Source: an uncultured Candidatus Saccharibacteria bacterium
GTDB taxonomy: Bacteria > Patescibacteriota > Minisyncoccia > GCA-002772825
Assembly: GCA_964560655.1 (NCBI GenBank)
Contig: CAZLLR010000002.1
Coordinates: forward strand, 1 to 41,766
Direction: 5' to 3'
Length of the DNA stretch: 41,766 bases
The notes under the pieces were generated by a model. That model made no database searches and had not been told where the DNA came from. It worked only from the letters and a program-made list of their open reading frames with translations. Made by a program: the position numbers and the translations under genes. Within the stretch, counting starts at the first letter, position 1; every line of letters starts with the position of its first letter. Shown here piece after piece: positions 14,460 through 24,595 of this stretch.

Positions 14460-14953
14460 GCAATTTCTTCTAATTTTTTATCAATCTCTTCTTCTTTTAT
14501 CTCTTCCTTAGGCTCGTCAGTAGGTTGCGCTCCTACACCCTTTGCTTTTACTACCCGAACTTGCTTCTGAGAAACTACCTCTTGGGCATTTAATATAAGA
14601 AATCGTAAGAGATTAGCGTTGCTGTCAAAACTCTTCTTAAGGTTTTCTAAGGTGCCTGGTCTTGCCATAAATCTAATCCATCCAAAAGAGGCTGTAGTAA
14701 ACTTCTTTATCTCATAAGCAAGTGGCTTACTCTTAGGCGACTCTTCTCCCACAACCAAGCCTTTCTCTTTTTCTATAGCAGATCTGATCAAATTCACCTC
14801 ATCTGCAAGCTTGTCTGCAGGGATTAAAGGCGTCAAAAGATACCCTATTTCATATAATTTAGGGTCGGCTTCTATATTTTCTTCAGTTGCATCTTTAATT
14901 TCTTCCTTTTCTTCCATAGGCGCTATATTAGCAAATATATCTATATATTGCAA
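14441..14953 (-). CDS. rpsF: 30S ribosomal protein S6 (with N- and C-terminal extensions)
   Basis: ORF of 170 aa. The S6 core is YEIGYLLTPLIP...PLAYEIKKFTTASFGWIRFMARPGTLENLKKSFDSNANLLRFLIL. An alternative start is Met13 (14917). The last 6 codons and the stop lie inside repeat copy C. Confidence 0.85.
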   Translation of the reverse strand: MQYIDIFANIAPMEEKEEIKDATEENIEADPKLYEIGYLLTPLIPADKLADEVNLIRSAIEKEKGLVVGEESPKSKPLAYEIKKFTTASFGWIRFMARPGTLENLKKSFDSNANLLRFLILNAQEVVSQKQVRVVKAKGVGAQPTDEPKEEIKEEEIDKKLEEIAGIPTH

Positions 14954-15745
14954 CTAGTTATTACAAAACACTCTCAAGGCGTTGTCAGTGGTAGCTTCTG
15001 CCACTTCATCATAAGAAATACCCCTTATTTCAGCAATCTTTTTAGCTATTTCTTTCACATATAGTGGTTCATTCCGTTTGCCTCTGTAAGGGAAAGGCGC
15101 TACAAACGGACTGTCAGTCTCAATCATTATTCTTTCAAGAGGAGATTTTAGTAAAACATCATCATATTCTCTAGCAAAAGTGATTACCCCAGAAAAAGAT
15201 ATCGTAAAACCAAGCGCAAAATATTTTTGAGCTATATTCCAATCCCCTGAGAAGAAGTGTATATTACCACGCAACTTAGAGCCATATATAAGAGAATACG
15301 AACTAAGGATCTTTACTACTTCACTGTGCGCTTCCCTGCAATGGATCATCAAAGGCTTATCTACTTCCACGGCTAACTCAACGTGCTTACGAAACAGATT
15401 TTCTTGCCTCTTTATATCACTCTTATCCCGACGAAACAAATCTATACCACACTCACCTATCGCGACAACCTTAGGTTGCCTTGCTAAACCTTTATAATAT
15501 TCATAGTCCCAGTCCGATTCTAATCCGCCTTGGGTGGATTTATCAGTAGGGTGCAAACCTACTGATGCAAATATATTTTCATTAATATCTGCGATTTCCT
15601 TAGCGGACTTAGATGTCTCCTTGTTTACTCCTACAGTAATCGTGAAAATACCTTCATCTCGCATCTTTTTAATAATATTTTCCCTATCATCGTCAAAATC
15701 AGGAAAGTTTAAATGAGAGTGAATATCAAAAAGTTTAGGTTTCAT
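14954..15745 (-). CDS. tatD: TatD-family metal-dependent hydrolase/DNase
   Basis: ORF of 263 aa. FDIHSHLNF, GECGIDLFR, HCREAH, IETDSPF. The start overlaps the metG stop by 1 nt (TAATG). Confidence 0.85.
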   Translation of the reverse strand: MKPKLFDIHSHLNFPDFDDDRENIIKKMRDEGIFTITVGVNKETSKSAKEIADINENIFASVGLHPTDKSTQGGLESDWDYEYYKGLARQPKVVAIGECGIDLFRRDKSDIKRQENLFRKHVELAVEVDKPLMIHCREAHSEVVKILSSYSLIYGSKLRGNIHFFSGDWNIAQKYFALGFTISFSGVITFAREYDDVLLKSPLERIMIETDSPFVAPFPYRGKRNEPLYVKEIAKKIAEIRGISYDEVAEATTDNALRVFCNN

Positions 15746-17208
15746 TATTCTTTCCTTAAAAATAATGGCTCTGGCATCTGGTTTGTCTCTATAGCTTCTT
15801 TTATCTTTTGTGAAGTTTCCGGCATAAACGGAGTAAGTAAGTTAGCTATACTCCAAAGTTCATTAGCTAAACTTATAACTTCATCGATAGCTTTATCTTT
15901 ATCTATCTTTATAAGTTTAAAAGGTTCAGTCTCTTGTATGCGTCTATCCATCTTTCCTATCTTTGCCCAGATAAAATCCATTGCTTTACCGAATTCAAAA
16001 GATTCCATCATTTCTCTATACTCCTTATAACTTTCTCCTTTTACCACTCTTTCAAAAGACCTGAGATTACTAAAAATAAATTTTTCTTTATTTTCCGCCA
16101 CTTCATAAGAAACAAACATTTTCATAACTCTCGATACTAAGTTACCAAGACCATTTGCTAAATTCGCATTATAAGCTTCCTTGAATTTTTCTTCAGTGAA
16201 GTCACTGTCCTCAAAAGTAGAAACTTCACGCAAAAGATAGTACCGTAAGGCATCTGCTCCATAACTCTCTACTATGTCAAAAGGGTTTATAACATTACCT
16301 AAGGTTTTCGACATTTTCTGACCATCGCTTGTTATAAATCCATGGATTATGATTTGTGTCGTGTTTGGCAACCCTACAGACATAAGCATTGCTTGCCACA
16401 TAACAGCCTGCTGGCGGAGGTTATCTTTACCTGCTATCTGAAATCCAGGCCAAAATGCTTGGAACTTTTTTTCATTACTAGGCCAACCGAGTGTGGATAT
16501 ATAATTCACTAGAGCGTCAAACCAAACATACATCACATGGTCTGTGTCGTCTGGCACGGGTACCCCCCAAGGCATCTTATCCTTTAAGCGAGATATGCTG
16601 AAATCTTGAATATCTCCTTCTACAAATTTCTTTGCCTCGTTAAACCTTTTCTCAGGCAAAACAAAAGTGGGGTGTTTCTTATAAAAATCAATTAACTTAT
16701 CTTTATATTTAGAAAATCGGAAAAAATAATTTTCTTCTTCTATTGTCTCCACTTCTAAGCTAGGGTGTTCTGGACACTTACCGTCTGTGAGGTCGGAGTC
16801 CGTCTTTTCTAGTTCACAACCAACGCAATACTTTATCTTATAATTTTTCTTATAGATATCGCCAGAGAGAAGTGAGCGTCGCCAAAATTCCTGCGCAGCC
16901 TCTTTATGGTGGTCATCTGTAGTACGAATAAAAGCGTCATTACTTAAGTTAAGAGCCGATTTCAACTTCCTAAAGTTTTTCGCGCAAGTATCACAATAGT
17001 TTTGTACTATCTGTCCCTTCTCTTTTGCCTTGCGGTAAACCTTAAGCCCGTGTTCATCTGTGCCTGTATTGAAAAATACTTCCTCGCCCAAACCTCTATG
17101 GAAACGCGCTACAACATCAGCCTCCACCAACTCCAAAGCATGCCCGAGGTGAGGGTCGGCATTAACATATGGCAAAGTCGTTGTTATATAAAATTTACCT
17201 TTTTCCAT
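15745..17208 (-). CDS. metG: methionine--tRNA ligase (short form, no C-terminal tRNA-binding domain)
   Basis: The ORF track gives 15745..17253. I prefer the Met at 17208 (MEKGKFYITTTLPYVNADPHLGHALE), which removes the overlap with the upstream gene. The HIGH-type motif is HLGH. There is a Zn knuckle CVGCE...CPEH, and KMSKT is present. Confidence 0.9.
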   Translation of the reverse strand: MEKGKFYITTTLPYVNADPHLGHALELVEADVVARFHRGLGEEVFFNTGTDEHGLKVYRKAKEKGQIVQNYCDTCAKNFRKLKSALNLSNDAFIRTTDDHHKEAAQEFWRRSLLSGDIYKKNYKIKYCVGCELEKTDSDLTDGKCPEHPSLEVETIEEENYFFRFSKYKDKLIDFYKKHPTFVLPEKRFNEAKKFVEGDIQDFSISRLKDKMPWGVPVPDDTDHVMYVWFDALVNYISTLGWPSNEKKFQAFWPGFQIAGKDNLRQQAVMWQAMLMSVGLPNTTQIIIHGFITSDGQKMSKTLGNVINPFDIVESYGADALRYYLLREVSTFEDSDFTEEKFKEAYNANLANGLGNLVSRVMKMFVSYEVAENKEKFIFSNLRSFERVVKGESYKEYREMMESFEFGKAMDFIWAKIGKMDRRIQETEPFKLIKIDKDKAIDEVISLANELWSIANLLTPFMPETSQKIKEAIETNQMPEPLFLRKE

Positions 17209-17215
17209 TACAGAA

Positions 17216-18271
17216 TTATATCTTCTTTTCAAAAATATGCTTTCTCTCGGCAATATCTCTTGAAAGTTCCATTAATACAGTCGCCACTGGGATAGCCAGA
17301 AGCACCCCAAAAAAACCAGCCAGTTCGCCACCTATCAGCAAAGACAATATTACAAGTATAGGGGGTATCCCTATAATCTTCTTCACAACAAGAGGATAGA
17401 TTAGATGATTCTCAAATTGCTGAATAACAAGATAAAGACCGATAACCATAAGCCCCAATGTAGGAGATTGCAGAAAAGCTACTCCTATTGCCGGTATGGA
17501 CGCCATAATAGGACCAAAGATAGGTATGAGCTCAAAGAGTGCTGCAATAATAGCAAAGACAAGAGCGTATTTTACACCTAAGATGGTAAGTCCTAAGTAA
17601 ACTAAAATACCAATTAGTACTCCCAAGAGGATCTGGCCTTGGAGCCATAAACCTATCTTCTTCTCTGCCCTCTTCCACAATTGGATGACATATTGTTCTT
17701 CGCTGTCAGGGGTGATAACCCTTAAAAAATTCTCCAGACCACCCTTCTGCACAGAAAGATAAAAAGAGATAACAATAATCAATACAAATGAAAGGGCACC
17801 ACCAAAGACAGCTGCTGCTGCCTGGAAGAATCCAGAGGTTATAGTACCAGTTGAAGCTTCAAGCACTTTAGTGAGGTCTGATATAGCGACAGATAGAGAT
17901 TCTGGAATACTAGTTATAAACGAAGAGAAAGTAGCTGACTCAAACGGCTTATTCAAATAACTTGGAATTGTCTCCGTGAATCCTGACAAGTCACTAAATA
18001 CAGGAGGTAAGATAAAGACGAAGACTGCTCCTATTAGTAAAAAAGATACCAAGTAGACGAATAAGACACCAAAGACTCTAGGAACACGACGGTTCTCAAA
18101 CCATCTCGCTGCCGGCTCAACAGCCGAAGCGATGACAATAGAAGCCAATATCACCGCCACTGTGTCACGCAACATATATAAGAACCAAGCGACAATAGCA
18201 AAAATTGCCACCTTAATGATGGTTCCGCTCGTAATACTTATCATTATATTTCTTTCTTTTTTTGTTTCCAT
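17216..18271 (-). CDS. AI-2E family (PerM/UPF0118) membrane transporter
   Basis: ORF of 351 aa with multiple TM helices. Family-typical block ELIPIFGPIMASIPAIGVAFLQSP...VIQQFENHLIYPLVVKKIIGIPP...GGELAGFFGVLLAIPVA. Confidence 0.75.
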   Translation of the reverse strand: METKKERNIMISITSGTIIKVAIFAIVAWFLYMLRDTVAVILASIVIASAVEPAARWFENRRVPRVFGVLFVYLVSFLLIGAVFVFILPPVFSDLSGFTETIPSYLNKPFESATFSSFITSIPESLSVAISDLTKVLEASTGTITSGFFQAAAAVFGGALSFVLIIVISFYLSVQKGGLENFLRVITPDSEEQYVIQLWKRAEKKIGLWLQGQILLGVLIGILVYLGLTILGVKYALVFAIIAALFELIPIFGPIMASIPAIGVAFLQSPTLGLMVIGLYLVIQQFENHLIYPLVVKKIIGIPPILVILSLLIGGELAGFFGVLLAIPVATVLMELSRDIAERKHIFEKKI

Positions 18272-18281
18272 TTTATTTTTC

Positions 18282-19562
18282 TTATTTTAGAAATATTTTT
18301 CTTATTTTTCCAGAATCTATGTCTTTGCCGTCTTCCGGTATGATACCAGCTATACTTATATTCTCAGGGACGAACAATTCTTTCGCTACTTTCATAATAT
18401 CATTTGCAGTAACTTTTTCAATCTTTTTAATATATTCTTCTGGTGTGAGTATTTTACCTCCGAATAGCTCCTGCTCTCCATAGAAATCCGCCACGTATTC
18501 AGTATGCTCAAAATCCAACGCCGTTTTGCCTCTTATGTATTCTTTAGCAGAGTAAAGTTCTTCTTTTGTAACCTTACGAGTCTTAAAATCATTTAATAAT
18601 TTAGAAATTACCTGGGAGGCAGTATAGATCTTATCTTTTGGAACACCGACACGTATGCGTAAGTACCCTGAATCTTCATACTCTATATTAATAGCGCCAA
18701 CATAATAAGTCAGACCTCTTTTCTCCCTCAACTCAAAAAAGAGTCGTGAAGACATATTGCCACCTAGGATAGTCGATAGCACCTCAAGTATATATTTTTT
18801 CTTATCTACTGTGCTATATGCTCGCACACCAATAGCTATATGAGATTGATCACATTTTTTATTTTTTATCGATATTTTTATATCTTTCTGTCTTACTTTA
18901 GGGGAAGGAGTTTTATTTACTTTTTTATTTTTTAATTTATTAAAAACTTTTTCAATATTTTTTAACGTTTTTTTCTCTTCAATATTCCCAGCGACAACTA
19001 CTATCATATTATTAGGGGTATATCTTACTTGTCTGTACTTCACAATATCATTTCGTGAGATATTATTAACACTTTCTTTGGTGCCTAAAACTCGCATGCT
19101 ATGGGGATTATTTCCATAAATCATACTATCAAGATCCCTAGCAACCAGACTAGAAGGTTGGTCTTCATATGTTGAGATTTCTTGCAAAATTACACCCCTT
19201 TCTTTTTCTATCTCCTTAGCGTTAAAAATTGGATTCAAGACCATATCAGAAACAACATCAAGTCCGATATCAAAATCCTTTGAGGCTGACTTCACCCAAA
19301 AGCCAGTAATCTCTTTACTAGTGAAAGCATTATTGTCTGCACCTATCCTATCAAGCTCCTTACTTATTGTTCCTGGCTTAGGACGCTTCTTAGTACCTTT
19401 AAATACTAAATGTTCTAAGAAATGAGAAATACCATTAAGTCTCTTATCTTCATCTTTGGCACCTGTCTTTACAAGAACTTGAAAAATAACCGCTCCCGTA
19501 TTCTTCATCGGGACGATAACGACCCGCAAGCCATTTTTTAGAGTATGTTTTTCGAACTGCAT
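18282..19562 (-). CDS. M16-family (pitrilysin/insulinase-like) zinc peptidase
   Basis: ORF of 426 aa with the inverted zincin motif HFLEHLVFKGT (HxxEH) and a downstream E in the NAFTSKE region. Confidence 0.85.
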   Translation of the reverse strand: MQFEKHTLKNGLRVVIVPMKNTGAVIFQVLVKTGAKDEDKRLNGISHFLEHLVFKGTKKRPKPGTISKELDRIGADNNAFTSKEITGFWVKSASKDFDIGLDVVSDMVLNPIFNAKEIEKERGVILQEISTYEDQPSSLVARDLDSMIYGNNPHSMRVLGTKESVNNISRNDIVKYRQVRYTPNNMIVVVAGNIEEKKTLKNIEKVFNKLKNKKVNKTPSPKVRQKDIKISIKNKKCDQSHIAIGVRAYSTVDKKKYILEVLSTILGGNMSSRLFFELREKRGLTYYVGAINIEYEDSGYLRIRVGVPKDKIYTASQVISKLLNDFKTRKVTKEELYSAKEYIRGKTALDFEHTEYVADFYGEQELFGGKILTPEEYIKKIEKVTANDIMKVAKELFVPENISIAGIIPEDGKDIDSGKIRKIFLK

Positions 19563-19591
19563 AAATTAAATTTTAACATATATCTTTAAAT

Positions 19592-19628
19592 AAAAACACC
19601 GCTAGTTTATTAAGCTAGCGGTGTTTTT
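19592..19628 (-). terminator. rho-independent terminator after glyQS
   Basis: aaaaaCACCGCTAG tttattaag CTAGCGGTGttttt. It is symmetric, starts 10 nt after the glyQS stop, and has a T-run on the minus strand. Confidence 0.8.
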
Positions 19629-19637
19629 ATAGTCTAT

Positions 19638-21020
19638 CTATTTACTTAAACTATCTTTTATTATGTCTACTAATTTACTAATCTCTACTCTCTCCTGCTT
19701 ACCGGTATCTCTATCTCTTAGAGTGGCTGTGCCATCTTCTAATGTATCGAAGTCTACGGTGATACAAAAGGGTGTTCCTATCTCGTCTTGCCTCCTATAC
19801 CTCTTGCCTATGTTACCGTTAGTATCAAACATTATCTGAGGAATATCTTTTTTAATCATGTCATAGACCTCACGCGCTTTATTTACAAGGTCGGGCTTGT
19901 TCTTAAGAAGAGGAAATACCGCCGCCTTAACAGGCGCTATAGACGGCTTAAGTTTAAGGAAAACGCGAATTTCTCCTTCCATCTCATCTTCGGAATATGC
20001 ATCTAACAACACAGCAAAAACTAACCTGCCAACACCACCGGAAGATTCAATAATATGTGGGATAAATCTTTCACCTGTCTCTTGATCTAGATAATCAAGC
20101 CTTTTACCACAACCTTTTGAATGTTGTGTTAAGTCATAATCCCCACGCGCATGTATCCCTTCAATTTCATCGAATCCCCAAGGGAATTTATATTCAATAT
20201 CATAAGCCTCTTTAGCATAGAAGACTAAATTTTCATGCTTCTTCCATCTTAAATTTTCATTATTAATACCAATTTCTAAAATAGAATTCCATCTATATTC
20301 TCTTAATTTTTCATATTCTTTCATTTCATCATCTGGCCTTACAAAATATTGCATTTCCATCTGTTCAAATTCTCTTCCACGAAAAATAAACTGCCGAGGC
20401 GAGATTTCATTTCTAAATGCTTTACCAATCTGCGCAATACCAAAAGACAATTTTAAGTGCATCGAATCTGAGACATTTTTATAGTTCACATAAATACCCT
20501 GACATGTCTCACCTCTTAGGTACGCGGGCTCAGAATTATCACCTGTAAAATCGCCTAAATTACTCTTAACCAAGAGATTAAATTTCCTTATTTTTGTAAA
20601 ATTTTGCTTACCACATTTTGGGCATTTTAATTTATCTTTATTCTCTGAAAAAATCTTATTAATCTCTTCTTCGCTCATCTTTTCATCTGCGGAGACACCA
20701 ATCTCCTCCAGCATCTTATCTGCACGACTTCTAGTATTGCATTCTCGGCATTCTACCAGCGGGTCTGAAAAACCTTTTACATGCCCGCTGGCTTCCCAAA
20801 TCTTAGGACTCATAAAAATACTCGAATCTAATCCAACAATATCCTCCCTATCATAAACCATTTTTTTCCACCATTGTGCTTTTAGATTATTTTCAAGTTC
20901 GACTCCAAATGGACCGAAGTCATAAACACCTGCAAAACCACCATAAATTTCTGACGACGGGTATATAAAACCACGGCGTTTTGCTAAAGATACAATTTTT
21001 TCCATTTTTGATGTTTCCAT
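19638..21020 (-). CDS. glyQS: glycine--tRNA ligase (dimeric class II, GlyQS type)
   Basis: ORF of 460 aa. SSEIYGGFAGVYDFGPFGVELENNLKAQWWK, FRNEISPRQFIFRGREFEQMEMQYF, and a C-terminal anticodon-binding domain. Confidence 0.92.
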   Translation of the reverse strand: METSKMEKIVSLAKRRGFIYPSSEIYGGFAGVYDFGPFGVELENNLKAQWWKKMVYDREDIVGLDSSIFMSPKIWEASGHVKGFSDPLVECRECNTRSRADKMLEEIGVSADEKMSEEEINKIFSENKDKLKCPKCGKQNFTKIRKFNLLVKSNLGDFTGDNSEPAYLRGETCQGIYVNYKNVSDSMHLKLSFGIAQIGKAFRNEISPRQFIFRGREFEQMEMQYFVRPDDEMKEYEKLREYRWNSILEIGINNENLRWKKHENLVFYAKEAYDIEYKFPWGFDEIEGIHARGDYDLTQHSKGCGKRLDYLDQETGERFIPHIIESSGGVGRLVFAVLLDAYSEDEMEGEIRVFLKLKPSIAPVKAAVFPLLKNKPDLVNKAREVYDMIKKDIPQIMFDTNGNIGKRYRRQDEIGTPFCITVDFDTLEDGTATLRDRDTGKQERVEISKLVDIIKDSLSK

Positions 21021-21033
21021 ATTTAATATTATA

Positions 21034-22947
21034 TTATTGAACTACTTTTTCTTGTCCTGACTTAAACTTAGGATCATTATCAAGTCTTGTACTTAATACC
21101 CCTTTAACCTTCCTAACTTCCGCATTAACAAAAGAATCTTTTCCTTCAATGACAACTTCCGACACAAGGTTAGGTGCCGAGCCAACTTGAGAAAGCGAAG
21201 GAAGAAGTCCTATCTGAAAAGATATATCCCTTGCCGGGCTCAGTATGCCCGTCCCAGCTAAAAGAGTACCTGCCTTCCACACGACCTCTCCTGTATTCTT
21301 ATCATAAGATATCAGAGCATCTTGAGGGGAGATAGCTCCGGCCCAATCAACATAAGAAGGCAGGAAGGCTCTTACTGTAGCATTTTCAATGTCATTTGTA
21401 GAATTAGTAAGTGACCATACTATAGTATAAGTTGTCTTCTCCCCAGCCTTAGGTGGCAACAAACCAGTATTAGCGAAAGCTCCTTCATAATAAAGTGCCT
21501 GTGATGCAAACTGAAGATTAGAAGCTATCTTTATATCTTTCTTAGTTGTACTCCTTACGTCAGTATCTCCTGCACCACCCACTGCCTTTTTACCAAACAT
21601 AGTCGTATCTAAAGACACTATAAAATTTTTATCATTTACACTTTTTTGAATTAGGCTATCAAGCATAGAAAATGTAAAACTAACCTTACCCTCTTCCCCT
21701 GGCTCTATAAATCTAAACTCTGGCACTGACGAAGCGTTCCAGACTAGAGCCTGATCTGATGTCCTAAAAAAGCCATTTACTGGAGAGATGGTCTGAAAAT
21801 TAGCAGCTTGACCGATTATCTTAGTCTCAATAGTGCCATTCTCTATTCTGACAGGTAAATTATTCCTCCAAAATATATCCACTCTCATAATATCACCCAA
21901 AGAAGAAACGTTATCCTTGTCGTCATTTCCATTTATAAATACAGCAAGGTCTAAAAGCATCTTCTTGAGGACAACACTATCTGAAGCTTCACCGTATACA
22001 TCAAGCTCATTGTTGCTATTGATAACTCCTATTTGAGCTAGGAAGCCTTTCTCGTCTAAGTCCCTGCCATCAACAATTCCTTTAATCTTTACGACTCGCT
22101 TTTTCCCGGGTTCTAAAGTCCCTATGTTCCACATATTATCCTTACCGGAAGATGTCTTCGGATTACTTTCTTTAAATTGGAACCCTGGTGGATACTCCAC
22201 TTGCAAGACAAGGCCATCAATAATACTTTCTGAATTAGAAACATATTCCACCTCAATGTCCATCTCTTGCCTAGCATTTGCCTCTAATGGAAGCTTCACA
22301 GTAACTTCTATTGGCGACTCAAAGATTGTAATAATTTTCTTCTCTTCTTTAGTAAAAATAGCGTTAGAACCAGTGAGTCTATATTCCAAAGTGGCGGTTA
22401 TAACCTTCTCACTTAACGTGCTACCAAACAAAACTATATCAATATTCTCAACAGCCTTACCTCCTGGTTCTATCTGCCCTAGCGGATATCTATGCTTCAA
22501 AGAATTGTCTTTACCTTCTAGCACGCGAGTACCTGATGGATATTCTAAGATAAGGTCAGCATACTCAAGAGGAGCATTATTGTTATTGCCTACTATTATC
22601 CTCCAACTGTTAAGTTCTCCTCCTGAGATACTCTCTGGCCCCTCAAAAACAATCTCAATATCGCCAGAAGAAACGAAGTTAAAACCCTTATCCCAAAGAT
22701 AGGCTGTAGCAAGAAGAGAAACGGCAAAAAATATCCCCGCAAAAAGAAGAGTTAACCGCATCATCTTAGAAATAAAAGTTTTTTTCTTTGCCATTTTTAA
22801 AGGAGGATTCCACTTCGTCTTACCAGTATCCACTTCGGGTTTAAGTTTCAAGCCTAGGGCTGGACGCTTTGTTCTCTTCTTAAAAGAAGCTCCTTTCTTA
22901 TAGAGCCTCATCTTTAATTTTTCTATATTATTATCTTCTCCTGACAT
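21034..22947 (-). CDS. hypothetical membrane-anchored protein with several Ig/CARDB-like beta-sandwich segments
   Basis: ORF of 637 aa. It has a basic cytoplasmic N-terminus, one TM helix (LTLLFAGIFFAVSLLATAYLW) and a long beta-rich ectodomain with repeated G-x-E-x-G motif blocks. I recognise no catalytic motif. Confidence 0.55.
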   Translation of the reverse strand: MSGEDNNIEKLKMRLYKKGASFKKRTKRPALGLKLKPEVDTGKTKWNPPLKMAKKKTFISKMMRLTLLFAGIFFAVSLLATAYLWDKGFNFVSSGDIEIVFEGPESISGGELNSWRIIVGNNNNAPLEYADLILEYPSGTRVLEGKDNSLKHRYPLGQIEPGGKAVENIDIVLFGSTLSEKVITATLEYRLTGSNAIFTKEEKKIITIFESPIEVTVKLPLEANARQEMDIEVEYVSNSESIIDGLVLQVEYPPGFQFKESNPKTSSGKDNMWNIGTLEPGKKRVVKIKGIVDGRDLDEKGFLAQIGVINSNNELDVYGEASDSVVLKKMLLDLAVFINGNDDKDNVSSLGDIMRVDIFWRNNLPVRIENGTIETKIIGQAANFQTISPVNGFFRTSDQALVWNASSVPEFRFIEPGEEGKVSFTFSMLDSLIQKSVNDKNFIVSLDTTMFGKKAVGGAGDTDVRSTTKKDIKIASNLQFASQALYYEGAFANTGLLPPKAGEKTTYTIVWSLTNSTNDIENATVRAFLPSYVDWAGAISPQDALISYDKNTGEVVWKAGTLLAGTGILSPARDISFQIGLLPSLSQVGSAPNLVSEVVIEGKDSFVNAEVRKVKGVLSTRLDNDPKFKSGQEKVVQ

Positions 22948-22998
22948 TTTCTGATTATATCACAAAATATAATCTAATCGAACAGCTTTCGATTAAAT

Positions 22999-23583
22999 CT
23001 ATAATTGACTCTCTTTTAACCCATTTTTTATCCTCTCTGTTGCCTCCTTTTTGAAACTGGCTATTTCGTCGACAATCTCCAAAGAAAGTTCTCCCTTAAA
23101 GAATTCCTCTAAACTATCCGCCTCACCAACATAGCCAAGATTATCTAACATCCTAAGTGCCATAATAATCTCAAAATTAACTAAGGATTTCTTATCAAAA
23201 GAATTTTTATCTAAGAAGAGTATACCCTCCTCAACAACAGACCAAAGCTTGTCATTCCTCTCTTCTCCTTGGACTAATCGAGAAAGCAGTCTTGTAATTT
23301 TATTTAATGATACGTACTTGCTGTTATCTTTCCTTAAATTAAGCCCTGGAATTTCTTTGGCGTCTATTATCCTCCATGACTCTTTTCCACGGATAAATGA
23401 AAAATTCGCGTAAGATAAGTCGTCAAGACTGTATCTGAGTTTTGATTTTAGGAGCCTGACTCCATTTGCTGATGCCCTCAAGCCACCAAGACCAGCAGTA
23501 TAAAAACTGATAAACTGATCCGCTTCACCAAAATTTTTCTTATCAAGGACAATTCCGTCCGTCTGATATATATAATGAGACAT
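22999..23583 (-). CDS. recO: DNA repair protein RecO (short form)
   Basis: ORF of 194 aa. The N-terminal OB pattern GIVLDKKNFGEADQFISFYTAGLGGLRASANGVRLLKSKL is typical of RecO. No Zn-finger cysteines are seen. Confidence 0.65.
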   Translation of the reverse strand: MSHYIYQTDGIVLDKKNFGEADQFISFYTAGLGGLRASANGVRLLKSKLRYSLDDLSYANFSFIRGKESWRIIDAKEIPGLNLRKDNSKYVSLNKITRLLSRLVQGEERNDKLWSVVEEGILFLDKNSFDKKSLVNFEIIMALRMLDNLGYVGEADSLEEFFKGELSLEIVDEIASFKKEATERIKNGLKESQL

Positions 23584-24591
23584 CTATTTATATTTTTCAT
23601 TTATAATTTTTTTTGCTGCTTCCCAAAACTCAGGTCTATTATGTTTCTCTTTCATCCAATACCACCACTCTGTACCCCATAAATAAATCTCTTTAAACCC
23701 GGTCTTCTTAGCGTACTCTATATTGCTATAAAACTGATCTATATTCATAGATATATCTTGCTCAGAAAGAGGTGTCTCGTAGATCATCTTAGGGCCCCAC
23801 GGCTCCGCCTGAAGTTCACTTATTATGACTGGTTTGTCAGAATAAAATAAATGGAGAAGATTTGTCTTCATCCAGAAAAAATTAGGTGGAATTGGATATT
23901 TAAAATAACCAAAGTATTTATTCCAAATCACTCTATAGACACTAGTGCCAAATATATCGGCTCTCCTTGCAGTAGAAAACCAAGTGCCGAGTTCTCCGCT
24001 ATCTGTCATTATAATGGGGTGTTTAGGGTCAAGAGATCGAACTACCTTAATCTCTTCATCTAAGAAACCTCTATCAAACCTGTCGCATTCGCCAAAGTGC
24101 AAGAAAGGTTCATTTTCAACTTGCCAAGCATAGATGTTGTCAAAATTCTTATATCTCCTGACTATCTTATCTATAAGATGTGTAATCTCGTCCTTCTTTT
24201 TATCTCTACTTAATGGGTCTACCCACTCTGGAATCCGGCACTCAGGCCAGCGAGGCAACTTCTGACCTATGGCTAACACTAACCTAACATTCTTTTCCCT
24301 AGCCATCTCTATCATCCAGTCATAATCTTCAAAATTATAGACATTCTCCTCTGGCTCTATATCGTCCCAATACAACGGGATCCTTACCACATCAGGCTTT
24401 AATTCTTCTATCATCGCGCTGTAAACTTCTCTAAAATCCAAGCCCATATCTTTACTAAAAGATATGGAAAAAGTCACACCCCAAACATAATCAGTGCTAT
24501 CAACTACGACAGGGGTAAAAAATAAAACAGTAAAAACCCCTAATATCAAAAATAAGATTACAACTAAAGTTATGATTATTTTCTTTACCAT
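23584..24591 (-). CDS. membrane-anchored clan GH-A (TIM-barrel) glycoside hydrolase, GH5/GH42-like
   Basis: ORF of 335 aa with an N-terminal TM helix. VRIPLYWDDIEPEENVYNFEDYDWMIEMAREKNVRLVL, acid/base motif AWQVENEP, and candidate nucleophile ISELQAEPWG. Confidence 0.65.
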   Translation of the reverse strand: MVKKIIITLVVILFLILGVFTVLFFTPVVVDSTDYVWGVTFSISFSKDMGLDFREVYSAMIEELKPDVVRIPLYWDDIEPEENVYNFEDYDWMIEMAREKNVRLVLAIGQKLPRWPECRIPEWVDPLSRDKKKDEITHLIDKIVRRYKNFDNIYAWQVENEPFLHFGECDRFDRGFLDEEIKVVRSLDPKHPIIMTDSGELGTWFSTARRADIFGTSVYRVIWNKYFGYFKYPIPPNFFWMKTNLLHLFYSDKPVIISELQAEPWGPKMIYETPLSEQDISMNIDQFYSNIEYAKKTGFKEIYLWGTEWWYWMKEKHNRPEFWEAAKKIINEKYK

Positions 24592-24595
24592 TAGA

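Noticed and set aside
22124-22702. A 192-aa plus-strand ORF inside 21034..22947. Similar embedded or antisense ORFs: 7565..7900, 15534..16140, 17002..17399, 19788..20085, 27735..30649, 33070..33634, 34122..34322, 34542..34922, 36028..37815 and 37882..38259.
   Set aside because: All are nested in or antisense to longer ORFs with clear homology-type motifs. They are Ser/Leu/Phe-rich, as expected from reading AT-rich coding DNA backwards. None is needed to explain any gap.
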